A stretch of DNA of 36,933 nucleotides from assembly GCA_900550625.1 (NCBI GenBank), contig URSW01000001.1:1-36933 (forward strand). The letters run 5' to 3'. The notes beneath the pieces are model-generated. The model was not told the origin of the DNA, searched no databases, and was given only the letters and a program-made list of their open reading frames with translations. Source of the stretch: an uncultured Eubacteriales bacterium. GTDB taxonomy: Bacteria > Bacillota > Clostridia > Oscillospirales > CAG-272. Positions 17,356 to 26,700 of the stretch are shown in pieces; position 1 is the first letter of the stretch, and the number at the start of each line of letters is the position of its first letter. The translations under genes were made by a program, and so were the position numbers.

Positions 17356-17400
17356 AACAAAACAGCTTCTGCAAATGATGTTTTTCATTTGCAGAAGCTG
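17356..17400 (-). terminator. Rho-independent terminator of the ylxM-ffh-rpsP-khpA operon
   Basis: Perfect 16-bp stem, CAGCTTCTGCAAATGA (17363-17378) with TCATTTGCAGAAGCTG (17385-17400). On the minus strand it is followed by TTTTGTT. It starts 6 nt after the khpA stop. Confidence 0.85.
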
Positions 17401-17405
17401 CTTCT

Positions 17406-17642
17406 TTAATTGATTTCAACCGAGATCTTTTTGTCTGTTGACTTTGCGGCTGCCTTGATAACAGTCCTGATTGAGCGGGCGATGTTTCCGTGCTTTCCGA
17501 TAACCATGCCCACGTCACCCTCAGCAACGTTCAGGTTAAGTATAATAGAGTCTCCCTCGACCGTCTCGGTGACGCTGACTTCATCCGGATTGTCAACAAT
17601 CGCTTTTACCATATCGCAAAGCAGAGTGTTAACATCTATCAT
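17406..17642 (-). CDS. khpA: KH-domain RNA-binding protein (YlqC/KhpA, UPF0109)
   Basis: 78 aa. LVKAIVDNPDEVSV ... GDVGMVIGKHGNIARSIRTVI contains the GxxG KH motif (GKHG). It occupies the conserved position after rpsP. Confidence 0.88.
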   Translation of the reverse strand: MIDVNTLLCDMVKAIVDNPDEVSVTETVEGDSIILNLNVAEGDVGMVIGKHGNIARSIRTVIKAAAKSTDKKISVEIN

Positions 17643-17654
17643 CTGGTCACCTGT

Positions 17655-17903
17655 TTATTTGCTGATAACGCCGCTCTTTACAAGAAGGGCACGAACGGTA
17701 TCAGTGGGCTGCGCACCGTTTCCGATCCATTTCTGAATTTTTTCGGCATCAAGCTTGATCTCAACGGGCTCCTTCATTGGATCGTAGAAGCCTACTTCTT
17801 CGATAAAACGTCCGTCACGGGGAGAGCGGGAATCCGCAACTACAACGCGATAGAAGGGAGCCTTTTTTGCGCCCATTCTTCTGAGTCTGATTTTTACTGC
17901 CAT
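17655..17903 (-). CDS. rpsP: 30S ribosomal protein S16 (bS16)
   Basis: 82 aa, [42 protein letters not shown]. Confidence 0.95.
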   Translation of the reverse strand: MAVKIRLRRMGAKKAPFYRVVVADSRSPRDGRFIEEVGFYDPMKEPVEIKLDAEKIQKWIGNGAQPTDTVRALLVKSGVISK

Positions 17904-17968
17904 TTTTCATTTCTCCTTAAATATTAAAAGTATTTTCAAATTGCATGAAGCAATGTTTTGACTGTTGC

Positions 17969-19300
17969 TTATAATCTGAACGGAAGCTTCATCCGTCCTT
18001 TCTTGCCTTTCCTTCCGTTGCCCATGAACTGTTTCATCATTTTGTTCATCTGCTCGTACTGCTTGAGGAGGCGGTTAACTTCTTCAACGGAAGTTCCGGA
18101 GCCTGCCGCGACGCGCTTCTTGCGTGAAGCATTGAGTATTTCCGGATGCTCGCGTTCTCTGACCGTCATAGACAAAATAATGGCCTCGGTACGGCTGAGT
18201 GCGCGGTCGTCGATATCGGCATCTTTGACTGCAGATGACATACCGGGAAGCATGGCCAGTATATCTTTTATATTGCCCATATTCTTTATCTGACGGAATT
18301 GTTCGAGATAATCGGTGAGAGTAAACGAAGCCTCACGAAGCTTTTTCTCCATTTCCTCGGCTTTTTTTTGATCGAACGACTGTTCTGCTTTTTCAATAAG
18401 CGAGAGCACATCGCCCATGCCGAGTATTCTCGAAGCCATTCTGTCGGGATAAAAAGGCTCGATCATGTCAAGCTTTTCGCCCGTTCCGACAAACTTTATC
18501 GGCTTTCCGGTAACGTACCTTACCGAAAGGGCGGCACCGCCGCGTGTATCGCCGTCAAGCTTAGTGAGTATAACGCCGGTGATATCCAAAAGCTCGTTGA
18601 AGGATTCGGCCACATTGACTGCATCCTGACCCGTCATGGAATCGACCACAAGAAGAATTTCTGTCGGATTTACGGTGTTCTTTATATCCGAAAGCTCTTT
18701 CATGAGCACTTCATCGACGTGCAGGCGTCCGGCGGTATCGAGAAATACCATATCGTATCCGTTTTTATCGGCATATTTTACGGCTTCCGATGCGATATTT
18801 ACCGGGGATTCGGTTCCCATTTGAAATACCGGAATTCCGAGAGTTTCTCCGACTACCTCGAGCTGTTTTATCGCGGCAGGTCTATAAATATCACAGGCGA
18901 CAAGAAGGGGCTTTTTGCCTTGCTTCTTGTACATTCCCGCAAGTTTTCCGGAATGTGTGGTTTTACCGGAGCCCTGAAGACCTACCATCATCACTATTGT
19001 CGGCGGTTTTGAGGAAATCTCGAGCTTAGCCTGGGATTTTCCCATAAGCTCAACAAGCTCCTCGTTGACTATCTTTATTATTTGCTGCGACGGAACAAGG
19101 CTTTCCAAAACCTCGGCTCCGACAGCACGTTCGGTGACCTTTTTTATGAATTCGCGTACAACTTTAAAGTTAACGTCTGCCTCGAGAAGCGCAAGCTTAA
19201 CCTCACGCATTCCTTCCCGGACATCGGCTTCCGTGAGCTTTCCCTTGTTTCTGAATTTACTGAATGCATTTGCAAGCTTTTCGGAAAGATTCTGAAACAT
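17969..19300 (-). CDS. ffh: Signal recognition particle protein Ffh
   Basis: 443 aa. N domain, then G domain motifs GLQGSGKTT, DTAGR and TKLDGD, then a Met-rich M domain (MNKMMKQFMG). Confidence 0.95.
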   Translation of the reverse strand: MFQNLSEKLANAFSKFRNKGKLTEADVREGMREVKLALLEADVNFKVVREFIKKVTERAVGAEVLESLVPSQQIIKIVNEELVELMGKSQAKLEISSKPPTIVMMVGLQGSGKTTHSGKLAGMYKKQGKKPLLVACDIYRPAAIKQLEVVGETLGIPVFQMGTESPVNIASEAVKYADKNGYDMVFLDTAGRLHVDEVLMKELSDIKNTVNPTEILLVVDSMTGQDAVNVAESFNELLDITGVILTKLDGDTRGGAALSVRYVTGKPIKFVGTGEKLDMIEPFYPDRMASRILGMGDVLSLIEKAEQSFDQKKAEEMEKKLREASFTLTDYLEQFRQIKNMGNIKDILAMLPGMSSAVKDADIDDRALSRTEAIILSMTVREREHPEILNASRKKRVAAGSGTSVEEVNRLLKQYEQMNKMMKQFMGNGRKGKKGRMKLPFRL

Positions 19301-19311
19301 GGAGCCTCCTT

Positions 19312-19683
19312 TCAGTTTTTGGCTGTATCTGTTATAAAATCCTTTTGCCGAAGCTTTGCCGCAAGATCACGAATGACCGTGCGCATTGCGTTTTCCTCAA
19401 GTGAACAGGCTTTCTCCATATCTTCGGCAAATTCGGTTCTGAATTCGTTGAAAGCGTTGATGCTTTTGAAAAGACCGAGCTTTTCGTCGAGCTCCGTGAG
19501 TTCAGCTTCGCTTTTCTTTATGGAATCACGGACACCTTGACGTGAGATTCCAGTGTTTTCCGATATTTCGGAAAGGGAATAGTCGTCGTTGTAGTACATA
19601 TCAATGATTTCGCGTTTGCGATCTGTCAAAAGCGAGCCGTATATGTCGATAAGTGCGGCGATCCGCATATCCTTTTCAAACAT
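19312..19683 (-). CDS. ylxM: YlxM/UPF0122 putative DNA-binding protein (sigma-70 region-4-like HTH)
   Basis: ORF 19312..19710. I choose ATG 19683 (MFEKDMRIAALIDIYGSLLTDRKREIIDMYYNDDYSLSEISENTGISRQGVRDSIKKSE). It has a GGAGG SD 7 nt upstream, and the promoter -10 lies at 19723-19728. It occupies the conserved position before ffh. Confidence 0.85.
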   Translation of the reverse strand: MFEKDMRIAALIDIYGSLLTDRKREIIDMYYNDDYSLSEISENTGISRQGVRDSIKKSEAELTELDEKLGLFKSINAFNEFRTEFAEDMEKACSLEENAMRTVIRDLAAKLRQKDFITDTAKN

Positions 19684-19722
19684 AAATAGCCTCCGAAAGC
19701 TGTAAAGCATAACACTTTACAT

Positions 19723-19751
19723 AGTATATCAGATTTGCGGGTGCTTGTCAA
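19723..19751 (-). promoter_or_regulatory. Sigma-A promoter of the ylxM-ffh-rpsP-khpA operon
   Basis: On the minus strand: TTGACA (19751-19746), a 17-nt spacer, then TATACT (19728-19723). Confidence 0.6.
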
Positions 19752-19805
19752 GCGTTTTTATAAATTTTCCGGCGCTTTCAAGCGCATTTACCGTATTAAA
19801 ATAGC

Positions 19806-19829
19806 AGCAGTCGGAAGAATCCGACTGCT
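19806..19829 (-). terminator. Probable terminator hairpin after the Na/Pi transporter gene
   Basis: 10-bp stem AGCAGTCGGA / TCCGACTGCT with loop AGAA, about 20 nt after the stop at 19848. The U-tract on the minus strand is weak (TGCTATTTT). Confidence 0.45.
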
Positions 19830-19847
19830 TTCAAGACCTATATAAGA

Positions 19848-21605
19848 TTAACTGAGATATTTGTTTTTGTATTTGCGGTATTCATTATTAAAGCCTTCGT
19901 CGCTCATGTCTTTAACGCTGTTCAGGTAGCTGTGAGTATCATAGCTTCCTTGCTCAACTTCGATCATGGTGACGGCGATGTTAGAACAGTGATCAGAAAC
20001 TCTCTCATAATTGTTAAGAAGATCCGAAAGCACAAATCCCATTTCGATTGTACATTCTCCGGTCTGCAGACGGGATATATGACTTGTCTTGACTTCGGCT
20101 ACCAAGCGGTCGATAACCTGCTCGAGAGGCTCGACGGACGAAGCCTTTTCAACGTCGTTTGTGCTGAAGGAATCGTAGGTGAGGTCGAGTATCTCAATTA
20201 AAGCGTTTGTAAGATTGCGAAGATCTTCTTTTGCCTTATCCGAGAACGAAAGACCTTTTTCGTGTACTTCCTGAGCACTTTTAAGTATGTTCACCGCATG
20301 ATCTCCGAGACGTTCGAAATCTCCGATCGTATGGAGCATTTTCGATATCTGACGGCTGTCTTTGTCGGAGACGTCCTTTGACGAGATTTTCACAAGATAT
20401 GTTCCGAGCTTGTCCTCATACATGTCGAGCTCATCTTCGTTTTTAAGAATGCGGTCAACCTTTTTGGCACTGTACTTTTCAAAAAGGCTTATCGCGTCTT
20501 TGATCGTATCGCGTGCGATTTCCGCCATTTTTACAGTGCGGTTTGTACATTCCGAAATTGCAAACGAAGGAGTTGAAATAAGACGCTCGTCAAGAAATTC
20601 GTATTTCTCTTTATGTTCGGAATCGCGTACAATAAAGGTGGACATTTTTTCAAGGGATTTTGCAAATGGGAACAGGATCGCGGTGGTGGCTATATTGAAT
20701 ACGCTGTGGACTGCCGCAATTCCGACAGGAGAGATGGCGTTGTTGAGAAAATTAAATTTGAAAATGAGATTAAGACCGGAGAAGAGTATCAGGAAAACTA
20801 CTGTTCCGATAAGGTTGAAAAGAATGTGGATTACCGATACCCGTTTTGCGTTTTTGTTTACACCTATACTTGAAATTATTGCGGTGACACAGGTACCGAT
20901 GTTTTGTCCCATTATAACGGGAAGAGCCATTCCGAAAGTGATATTTCCCGTTAGAGAAAGCGCCTGAAGAATGCCCACCGATGCGGCGGAGCTCTGTATG
21001 ATTCCCGTGAAAATCGCACCGACGGCGACGCCGAGTATCGGAGCAAGGGGAAGGGAATAGAAACTTGTAAGCACGGACGAAAAATCGGGAGAATCCGCAA
21101 GCGGTTTCATTGCATCGCTCATGAGGGTCATCCCGGACATAAGCACGGCAAATCCGAGCATTATCGTGCCAACATCCTGTTTACGCTTGTCCTTGGACAT
21201 CATGACCAGTATGATTCCCACAAGAGCGAATATAGGAGCGAAATTTTCAGGCTTAAGAAGATTTACAAGAATATTGTCGCTTTCAATTCCGGCAACGGAA
21301 AGTATCCATGCGGTAAGCGTAGTTCCTATGTTTGAGCCCATTATGACACCGATCGTCTGTCCGAGCTTCATTATCCCCGAATTTACAAGACCGACGAGCA
21401 TGACGGTCATTGCCGAAGAAGATTGGATTGCAATAGTTATTCCGGCGCCGAGAGCAAGAGCCGTGAACCTGTTGTCGGTCGCCCGTTTAAGTATCTTTTC
21501 AAGCTTACTTCCCGACATTTTTTCAAGTCCGGAGGACATAACATGCATACCGTATAGAAAAAACGCCAATCCTCCGAGCAAGGTGATAACTGAAAAAACA
21601 GTCAT
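19848..21605 (-). CDS. Na/Pi-cotransporter family protein with a C-terminal PhoU-like domain
   Basis: 585 aa. Duplicated Na_Pi_cotrans motifs (IQSSSAMTVMLVGL..GSNIGTTLTA and IQSSAASVGILQAL..GQNIGTCVTA). A soluble helical tail carries PhoU-like repeats (ERLGDHAVNI, ERVSDHCSNIA). Confidence 0.88.
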   Translation of the reverse strand: MTVFSVITLLGGLAFFLYGMHVMSSGLEKMSGSKLEKILKRATDNRFTALALGAGITIAIQSSSAMTVMLVGLVNSGIMKLGQTIGVIMGSNIGTTLTAWILSVAGIESDNILVNLLKPENFAPIFALVGIILVMMSKDKRKQDVGTIMLGFAVLMSGMTLMSDAMKPLADSPDFSSVLTSFYSLPLAPILGVAVGAIFTGIIQSSAASVGILQALSLTGNITFGMALPVIMGQNIGTCVTAIISSIGVNKNAKRVSVIHILFNLIGTVVFLILFSGLNLIFKFNFLNNAISPVGIAAVHSVFNIATTAILFPFAKSLEKMSTFIVRDSEHKEKYEFLDERLISTPSFAISECTNRTVKMAEIARDTIKDAISLFEKYSAKKVDRILKNEDELDMYEDKLGTYLVKISSKDVSDKDSRQISKMLHTIGDFERLGDHAVNILKSAQEVHEKGLSFSDKAKEDLRNLTNALIEILDLTYDSFSTNDVEKASSVEPLEQVIDRLVAEVKTSHISRLQTGECTIEMGFVLSDLLNNYERVSDHCSNIAVTMIEVEQGSYDTHSYLNSVKDMSDEGFNNEYRKYKNKYLS

Positions 21606-21623
21606 TATATAACCTTTCTTACG

Positions 21624-21667
21624 TCAAAAAAGAGGAGCGATAAAGAAAATATTTACCGCTCCTCTTT
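21624..21667 (-). terminator. Rho-independent terminator of pckG
   Basis: Stem AAAGAGGAGCG (21629-21639) with CGCTCCTCTTT (21657-21667). On the minus strand it is followed by a T-run (the complement of A 21626-21631). Confidence 0.7.
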
Positions 21668-21682
21668 CTTTCACCAACTATA

Positions 21683-23461
21683 TTATTTTGAAAGTCTTGC
21701 CTTGAGAGCGGAAAGTTCTTCGCGCAGTTCGCAAGGTACGGTGCCGCCGATCATATCGTAGAATTCTTTGATATTTTCAACATCCGCAAGCCAAGCTTCG
21801 TTATCTACCGAGAGAAGCTCGTTTACGGTGTCTTCGGTGATGTCGAGTCCTTCGATGTTGATGTCTTTTGCGTAGGGAACATAGCCGATTGCGGTCTCTC
21901 TTGCGTCTACCTTGCCCTCGCAGCGCGCGAGAATCCAAAGTAGAACACGCATATTGTCGCCGAATCCGGGCCAAATGAAGTGACCGTCTGCGTCGGTGCG
22001 GAACCAGTTTACATGGAAGATCTTCGGAGGATTGGGGATGTTCTTGCCCATCTCGAGCCAATGACCGAAGTAGTCACCCATGTCATATCCGGTAAACGGA
22101 CGCATTGCCATAGGATCGCGGCGTACTACACCGACTGCACCGGAGGCTGCTGCCGTAGTTTCGGATGCCATGATTGATCCGACAAAGGTTCCGTTCTGCC
22201 AACTTGTAGACTGATATACCAGCGGAGCAGTCTTTGCACGGCGCCCTCCGAATACGATCGCGGAAATCGGCACACCCTTCGGATTGTTGAATTCGGAAGA
22301 GAGGCAGGGGCAGTTAGTTGCCTTGGCGGTAAAGCGGGAGTTGGGATGAGCGCCGCAGGTGCTCTTGTCGTTCTTGTTGTACATGCTGATATCCCACTTG
22401 TTTCCGCGCCAGTCGATAGCGTTTGACGGCGGATTGTCGTTGAGACCTTCCCACCAAACGGTGTTGTTGTCGAGATCGTGAACAACGTTGGTGAAGATGG
22501 TGTCACGCTGAGTGGTAGCAAGTGCGTTGGGATTGGACTTGCTGTTTGTTCCGGGAGCAACTCCGAAGAAGCCGTTCTCGGGGTTTACGGCCCAAAGTCT
22601 TCCGTCCTCGCCGATGCGGAGCCATGCAATGTCGTCACCTACGCACCATACCTTATATCCCTTCTTCTTGTAGATTTCCGGGGGAATAAGCATAGCGAGG
22701 TTGGTCTTGCCGCACGCAGACGGGAATGCCGCACTGATATACTTGAGCTCGCCTTCGGGAGTTTCAATGCCGAGGATGAGCATATGCTCTGCCATCCAGC
22801 CTTCCTTGCGCCCGAGATAGGATGCAATACGGAGAGCGAAACACTTCTTTCCGAGAAGAACGTTTCCGCCGTATCCGGAGTTTATGCTCCAAATGGTGTT
22901 GTCCTCAGGGAAGTGACAGATATAACGGTTTTCTTCGTCGAGGTCTGCCTTCGCGTGGAGTCCCTTTATAAATCCGGTATCATCGCCGAGAGCGTCGAGA
23001 ACATCGTTTCCGACGCGGGTCATTATAAGCATATTCAAAACTACATAAATAGAGTCGGTAAGCTCGATTCCGTATTTTGCGAAAGGAGATCCGACTATAC
23101 TCATGGAGTAGGGAATTACGTACATAGTCTTTCCGGTCATAGAACCCGTGTAGAGCTTGGTGAGCTTTGTATAGCATTCCTTGGGATCCATCCAGTTGTT
23201 GATGTTTCCTGCGTCCTCTTTCTTTCGGGTGCAGATGAAGGTGCGTCCCTCGACGCGAGCCACGTCGTTTACCGCGGTACGATGCAGGTAGCAGCCGGGG
23301 AGAAGCTTCTCGTTAAGCTTTATCATTTCGCCGGTTGAGCAAGCCTCGGCGCGAAGTGCGTCTGCCTGTTCCTCGCTTCCGTCGATCCATACGATCTTGG
23401 CGGGATTGGTCATTTCTGCCATCTCGTTAACCCATGAAAGAACGTATTTGTTGTTTGTCAT
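21683..23461 (-). CDS. pckG: Phosphoenolpyruvate carboxykinase (GTP)
   Basis: 592 aa. Contains the GTP-PEPCK kinase-1a loop AAFPSACGKTNLAML, and the length and overall pattern match the GTP-dependent enzyme. Confidence 0.93.
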   Translation of the reverse strand: MTNNKYVLSWVNEMAEMTNPAKIVWIDGSEEQADALRAEACSTGEMIKLNEKLLPGCYLHRTAVNDVARVEGRTFICTRKKEDAGNINNWMDPKECYTKLTKLYTGSMTGKTMYVIPYSMSIVGSPFAKYGIELTDSIYVVLNMLIMTRVGNDVLDALGDDTGFIKGLHAKADLDEENRYICHFPEDNTIWSINSGYGGNVLLGKKCFALRIASYLGRKEGWMAEHMLILGIETPEGELKYISAAFPSACGKTNLAMLIPPEIYKKKGYKVWCVGDDIAWLRIGEDGRLWAVNPENGFFGVAPGTNSKSNPNALATTQRDTIFTNVVHDLDNNTVWWEGLNDNPPSNAIDWRGNKWDISMYNKNDKSTCGAHPNSRFTAKATNCPCLSSEFNNPKGVPISAIVFGGRRAKTAPLVYQSTSWQNGTFVGSIMASETTAAASGAVGVVRRDPMAMRPFTGYDMGDYFGHWLEMGKNIPNPPKIFHVNWFRTDADGHFIWPGFGDNMRVLLWILARCEGKVDARETAIGYVPYAKDINIEGLDITEDTVNELLSVDNEAWLADVENIKEFYDMIGGTVPCELREELSALKARLSK

Positions 23462-23657
23462 AGTGCCCTCCTATGTTTTGTGTTGAAATCAGAAAACTTA
23501 GAAAACCAATTTTTCCTATGTTAGATTATATACCCGAAAAATCAACTTTTCAATACCAAACTCCACTGAATTTTCTATTTTACAGTTTGTTAACATATTT
23601 TGCGACTTGGATATGTTAAGCAATTGTAAACATTGCCGTTTTGGTCGGAAGAAGAAG

Positions 23658-23696
23658 AAACAAATGTTTGATTTTTAAATTCTTATCTGATATAAT
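23658..23696 (+). promoter_or_regulatory. lexA promoter with a candidate (degenerate) SOS/Cheo-type operator overlapping the -35
   Basis: TTGATT (23668-23673), a 17-nt spacer ending in TGa, then TATAAT (23691-23696). The palindrome AAACAAATGTTT (23658-23669) resembles GAAC-N4-GTTC, with symmetric G->A / C->T changes at the outer positions. Confidence 0.45.
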
Positions 23697-23739
23697 ACAT
23701 GGGGATGCCCCTTATTTTATCAGCAAAGGAGTAACATAT

Positions 23740-24363
23740 ATGAAGAAGCCGCTTACGGATAAAGAACGCGCAATTCTTGAATTTGTCATATCCGCGACGA
23801 GGCTTAACGGATATCCGCCGTCGGTGAGGGATATATGCGCAGAGACAGGGATAAAAAGCACATCTACGGTGTTTTCCTATATAAAAAGGCTTGAGGAAAA
23901 AGGGTATCTCGAGAAGGAAGACGGAAAGAGCCGTTCAATACGCACGAAAGCCGATCCGGCAGAGCGAAATAGCATAAGAGTGCCGCTGATCGGCGATGTT
24001 GCGGCGGGACTGCCGATTTTGGCATCAGAGGATCTCAGCGGAGAAGAGTATATCGATTTTACTCCTTCGGGTGGCAGTGCTTCATCTTTCGGCGGGCGGT
24101 TATTTGCCCTTCGTATTCGCGGAACAAGTATGATCGAAGCCGGAATACTCGACGGAGATATCGTAGTGGTTGAAAGAACGCCGGTCGCCGACGATGGGGA
24201 TATCGTGGTAGCGCTGATCGGAGACGAAGCGACCGTTAAAACCTTTTACCGCGAAAAAGACCGCTTCAGGCTGCAGCCGGAAAACCGCACCATGGAGCCT
24301 ATTTATACGAAGGAGCTTTCGGTTCTCGGCAAGGTCGTTGCCGACATCAGATATTATTCCTGA
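23740..24363 (+). CDS. lexA: LexA repressor (S24 self-cleaving)
   Basis: Internal ATG 23740 of ORF 23641..24363, with SD AAAGGAG. N-terminal wHTH (GYPPSVRDICAETGIKSTSTVFSYIKRLEEKGYL). Cleavage site VAAG. Ser in GTSM and Lys in TVKTF. Confidence 0.93.
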   Translation: MKKPLTDKERAILEFVISATRLNGYPPSVRDICAETGIKSTSTVFSYIKRLEEKGYLEKEDGKSRSIRTKADPAERNSIRVPLIGDVAAGLPILASEDLSGEEYIDFTPSGGSASSFGGRLFALRIRGTSMIEAGILDGDIVVVERTPVADDGDIVVALIGDEATVKTFYREKDRFRLQPENRTMEPIYTKELSVLGKVVADIRYYS

Positions 24364-24393
24364 ACAATTTTTGCTGATTTTGCGGTTTGAATA

Positions 24394-24422
24394 TTGACAA
24401 ATTGCCGCAATTATTGTATGAT
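24394..24422 (+). promoter_or_regulatory. Sigma-A promoter for the membrane-protein genes downstream of lexA
   Basis: TTGACA (24394-24399), a 17-nt spacer, then TATGAT (24417-24422). Confidence 0.5.
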
Positions 24423-24463
24423 ATTAATCATAAATAACCCGCACGGAAAATGGAGTTTGTGGT

Positions 24464-25021
24464 ATGAATTCAAAAAGAATCTTAGATGCGCTCAAGCAAA
24501 TCCCCTTTCAGGTGATGTTTCTCTGCCTTTCGGGGCTTATTGCTATTTTCGTAATGATTATCCCGGATTACATATCGAAGGCTTTGATGTGGTTCAGCGA
24601 AGGCATGACCGCAAAGCTCGGTGTCGGAAGCATAATCGTTACCGTGATCGGCATAGCGGCTTCGATGGTAGCTATGTTTGAGTTTATGAAGAAATCCGGT
24701 GATGACGGAGCTCTCGTTGCGGCTCAGTCCGAAGCGGGAAAAGATAAATTCAACGTTCTTTATCCCATTATAATAGTTGTCTGCTCGCTTGCTCTCTATA
24801 CATTGGTTTGCTTTGCCGTCGGATTTGACTATATCGCAGGTGCCGTAAAAGCTTTGGCTCCCCTGCTTGCAGGATTCAGTGCAAACGATGTGTTCAGCGA
24901 TATATCGACAAAAGACAGATTTATCGCTTACATAATAGTAACGGTTCCGCAGATACCGATGATGTTTATCGGCTATATTTACGGCTTTAAGACACGCATC
25001 AAAAATATACACGCAGTCTGA
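24464..25021 (+). CDS. Hypothetical membrane protein (about 4 TM)
   Basis: 185-aa ORF with four long hydrophobic stretches and the SD-like GGAG upstream (AAAATGGAGTTTGTGGTATG). No family recognised. Confidence 0.55.
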   Translation: MNSKRILDALKQIPFQVMFLCLSGLIAIFVMIIPDYISKALMWFSEGMTAKLGVGSIIVTVIGIAASMVAMFEFMKKSGDDGALVAAQSEAGKDKFNVLYPIIIVVCSLALYTLVCFAVGFDYIAGAVKALAPLLAGFSANDVFSDISTKDRFIAYIIVTVPQIPMMFIGYIYGFKTRIKNIHAV

Positions 25022-25110
25022 TTGATTTGCTGAATAAACCGCTCCGTAATTGGACAAAACAGTTACGGGGTGGTTTTTTGATTACTTTAAGGAGATATTC
25101 CGGTGCGGCG

Positions 25111-25485
25111 ATGCTCGGAGGAATAATCTATACTTTTATTGAAATCCTGTGGCGCGGGTATTCACATTGGAGCATGACCGTTTTGGGCGGCGTTTGCTTC
25201 GCCGTTCTTTATTTCTTATATGAGAAGGCAGGCGGCGCACATCTGCTTTTGAGATGTGCGGCGGGCAGCGCCTTCATTACCGCCGCCGAATTTCTTACCG
25301 GGTGCATAGTCAATCTGCGGCTCGGATGGAACGTCTGGAGCTATTCGTCCCTTCGCTTTAATATTTTCGGGCAGGTAAGTCTGCTTTTTTCCGTTTTATG
25401 GTTTTTTCTTTGCATACTTGGATTTAAGGTGTGTGCAATTTACCGAAAAGCGGCAGATTTTATTGACAAACAAATCAAGCAGTGA
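25111..25485 (+). CDS. Small membrane protein resembling the putative ABC-transporter type IV / CmpB (DUF1113) family
   Basis: ORF 25027..25485. The blocks IYTFIEILWRGYSHWSM ... AAEFLTGCIVNLRLGWNVWSY ... FNIFGQVSL resemble that family. The start is uncertain: candidates are ATG 25111, TTG 25078 and TTG 25027, and none has a well-spaced SD. Confidence 0.5.
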   Translation: MLGGIIYTFIEILWRGYSHWSMTVLGGVCFAVLYFLYEKAGGAHLLLRCAAGSAFITAAEFLTGCIVNLRLGWNVWSYSSLRFNIFGQVSLLFSVLWFFLCILGFKVCAIYRKAADFIDKQIKQ

Positions 25486-25584
25486 TATAATTAATCGTAA
25501 TCTCAATATCGTGGGGGTTTAATGTCTTGTATATAAGGCATTTTTCTTTGGAACGCACGCTTAAAAAAGGGAGAACTTATTCAT

Positions 25585-26678
25585 ATGTACAATCATGAGT
25601 TTTATCTGAAAATTTTCAGAGAATTTGAAGTTGACGATACGCCGGAAACCTTTGAGCCCTGCAACATAGGTCACATAAATACTACTCTTATGGTGCGTTG
25701 TGACGGTCAAATCAAGTACGTCCTTCAAAAGATCAATACTTCTATTTTCAAAAAGCCTGCCGAGCTCATCGAGAACATATTGAATGTTACTGATTTTATA
25801 AAGAAAAAGGTGCTTGCAGCCGGTGGAGACCCGACAAGGGAAGTGCTTCGCCTGATACCCACAAGGGACGGAACCTTTTATACGACCGACGCGGACGGAT
25901 GTGTTTGGAGAATGTATTATTTCATCATCGGTGCGAAAACATTTCAGACCGCCGAAACTCCGGAGCTCTTTTATAATTCCGCACTTGCTTTCGGAAAATT
26001 CCAGCGCATGCTTTCGGATTTCCCGCTGATAAGCTTCACGAAACGATTCCCAACTTTCATAATACGGTAAGCCGTTTTGCGGACTTCAAAAAGGCTCTCG
26101 CAGATGATGTTGCGGGACGCGCGGACAGTGTACGTGAAGAAGTCCAATTTCTACTTGACCATGAGGGTATATGCTCATACATAACGGACAGAATAGCATC
26201 AGGAGAATATCCGCTTCGCGTTACGCATAACGACACAAAGCTCAACAATGTCATGATCGATGAGAAAACCTTCAAGGCGGTCTGCGTTATAGATTTGGAT
26301 ACCGTTATGCCCGGATCGGTGCTGTATGATTTCGGTGATAGTATACGCTTCGGAGCTTCCAATGCAGATGAAGATGAACGCGATCTTTCGAAAGTTTTCA
26401 TGCGTCTTGATCTTTTCGAGGATTATACGCGCGGCTTTATAGCGGGTCTTGAAAATTCGCTTACGGATGCAGAAATTCTCGGACTCCCGATGGGCGCCAT
26501 CATTATAACGTTTGAAACGGGAATTCGTTTTCTTGCAGATCATCTCAACGGAGATACCTATTTCGCTGTTCATCGCGAGAATCAGAATCTTGATCGCGCG
26601 CGCACTCAGCTCAAACTTGTAAGCGATATGGAAAAGAAGCTTCCCGAGATGAATGAGATAATAAAAAAATATTTATAA
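25585..26678 (+). pseudogene. nahK: N-acetylhexosamine 1-kinase-like (NahK/LnpB, APH-fold) gene interrupted by a 1-nt frameshift near 26025
   Basis: ORF 25585..26070 reads ..CNIGHINTTLMV..YVLQKINTSIFK.. as far as AFGKFQRMLSDFP. The homologous reading then continues in the -1 frame from 26025: ADKLHETIPNFHNTVSRFADFKKALADD...PLRVTHNDTKLNNVMID..VIDLDTVMPGSVLYDFGDSIRFGAS. This joins ORF 26253..26678. Restoring one base gives about 364 aa, the normal length for NahK. Confidence 0.8.
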
Positions 26679-26700
26679 ACATTTTTTGTGAGGTGTAATT

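Noticed and set aside
23462-23640. A cre (CcpA) site or other operator upstream of pckG, for example TGTAAACATTGCC and the 9-bp inverted repeat TTAACATAT..ATATGTTAA.
   Set aside because: The match to the cre consensus (TGWAANCGNTNWCA) is limited to one half-site. The inverted repeat is AT-rich and short, so it does not rise above what is expected by chance in AT-rich intergenic DNA.
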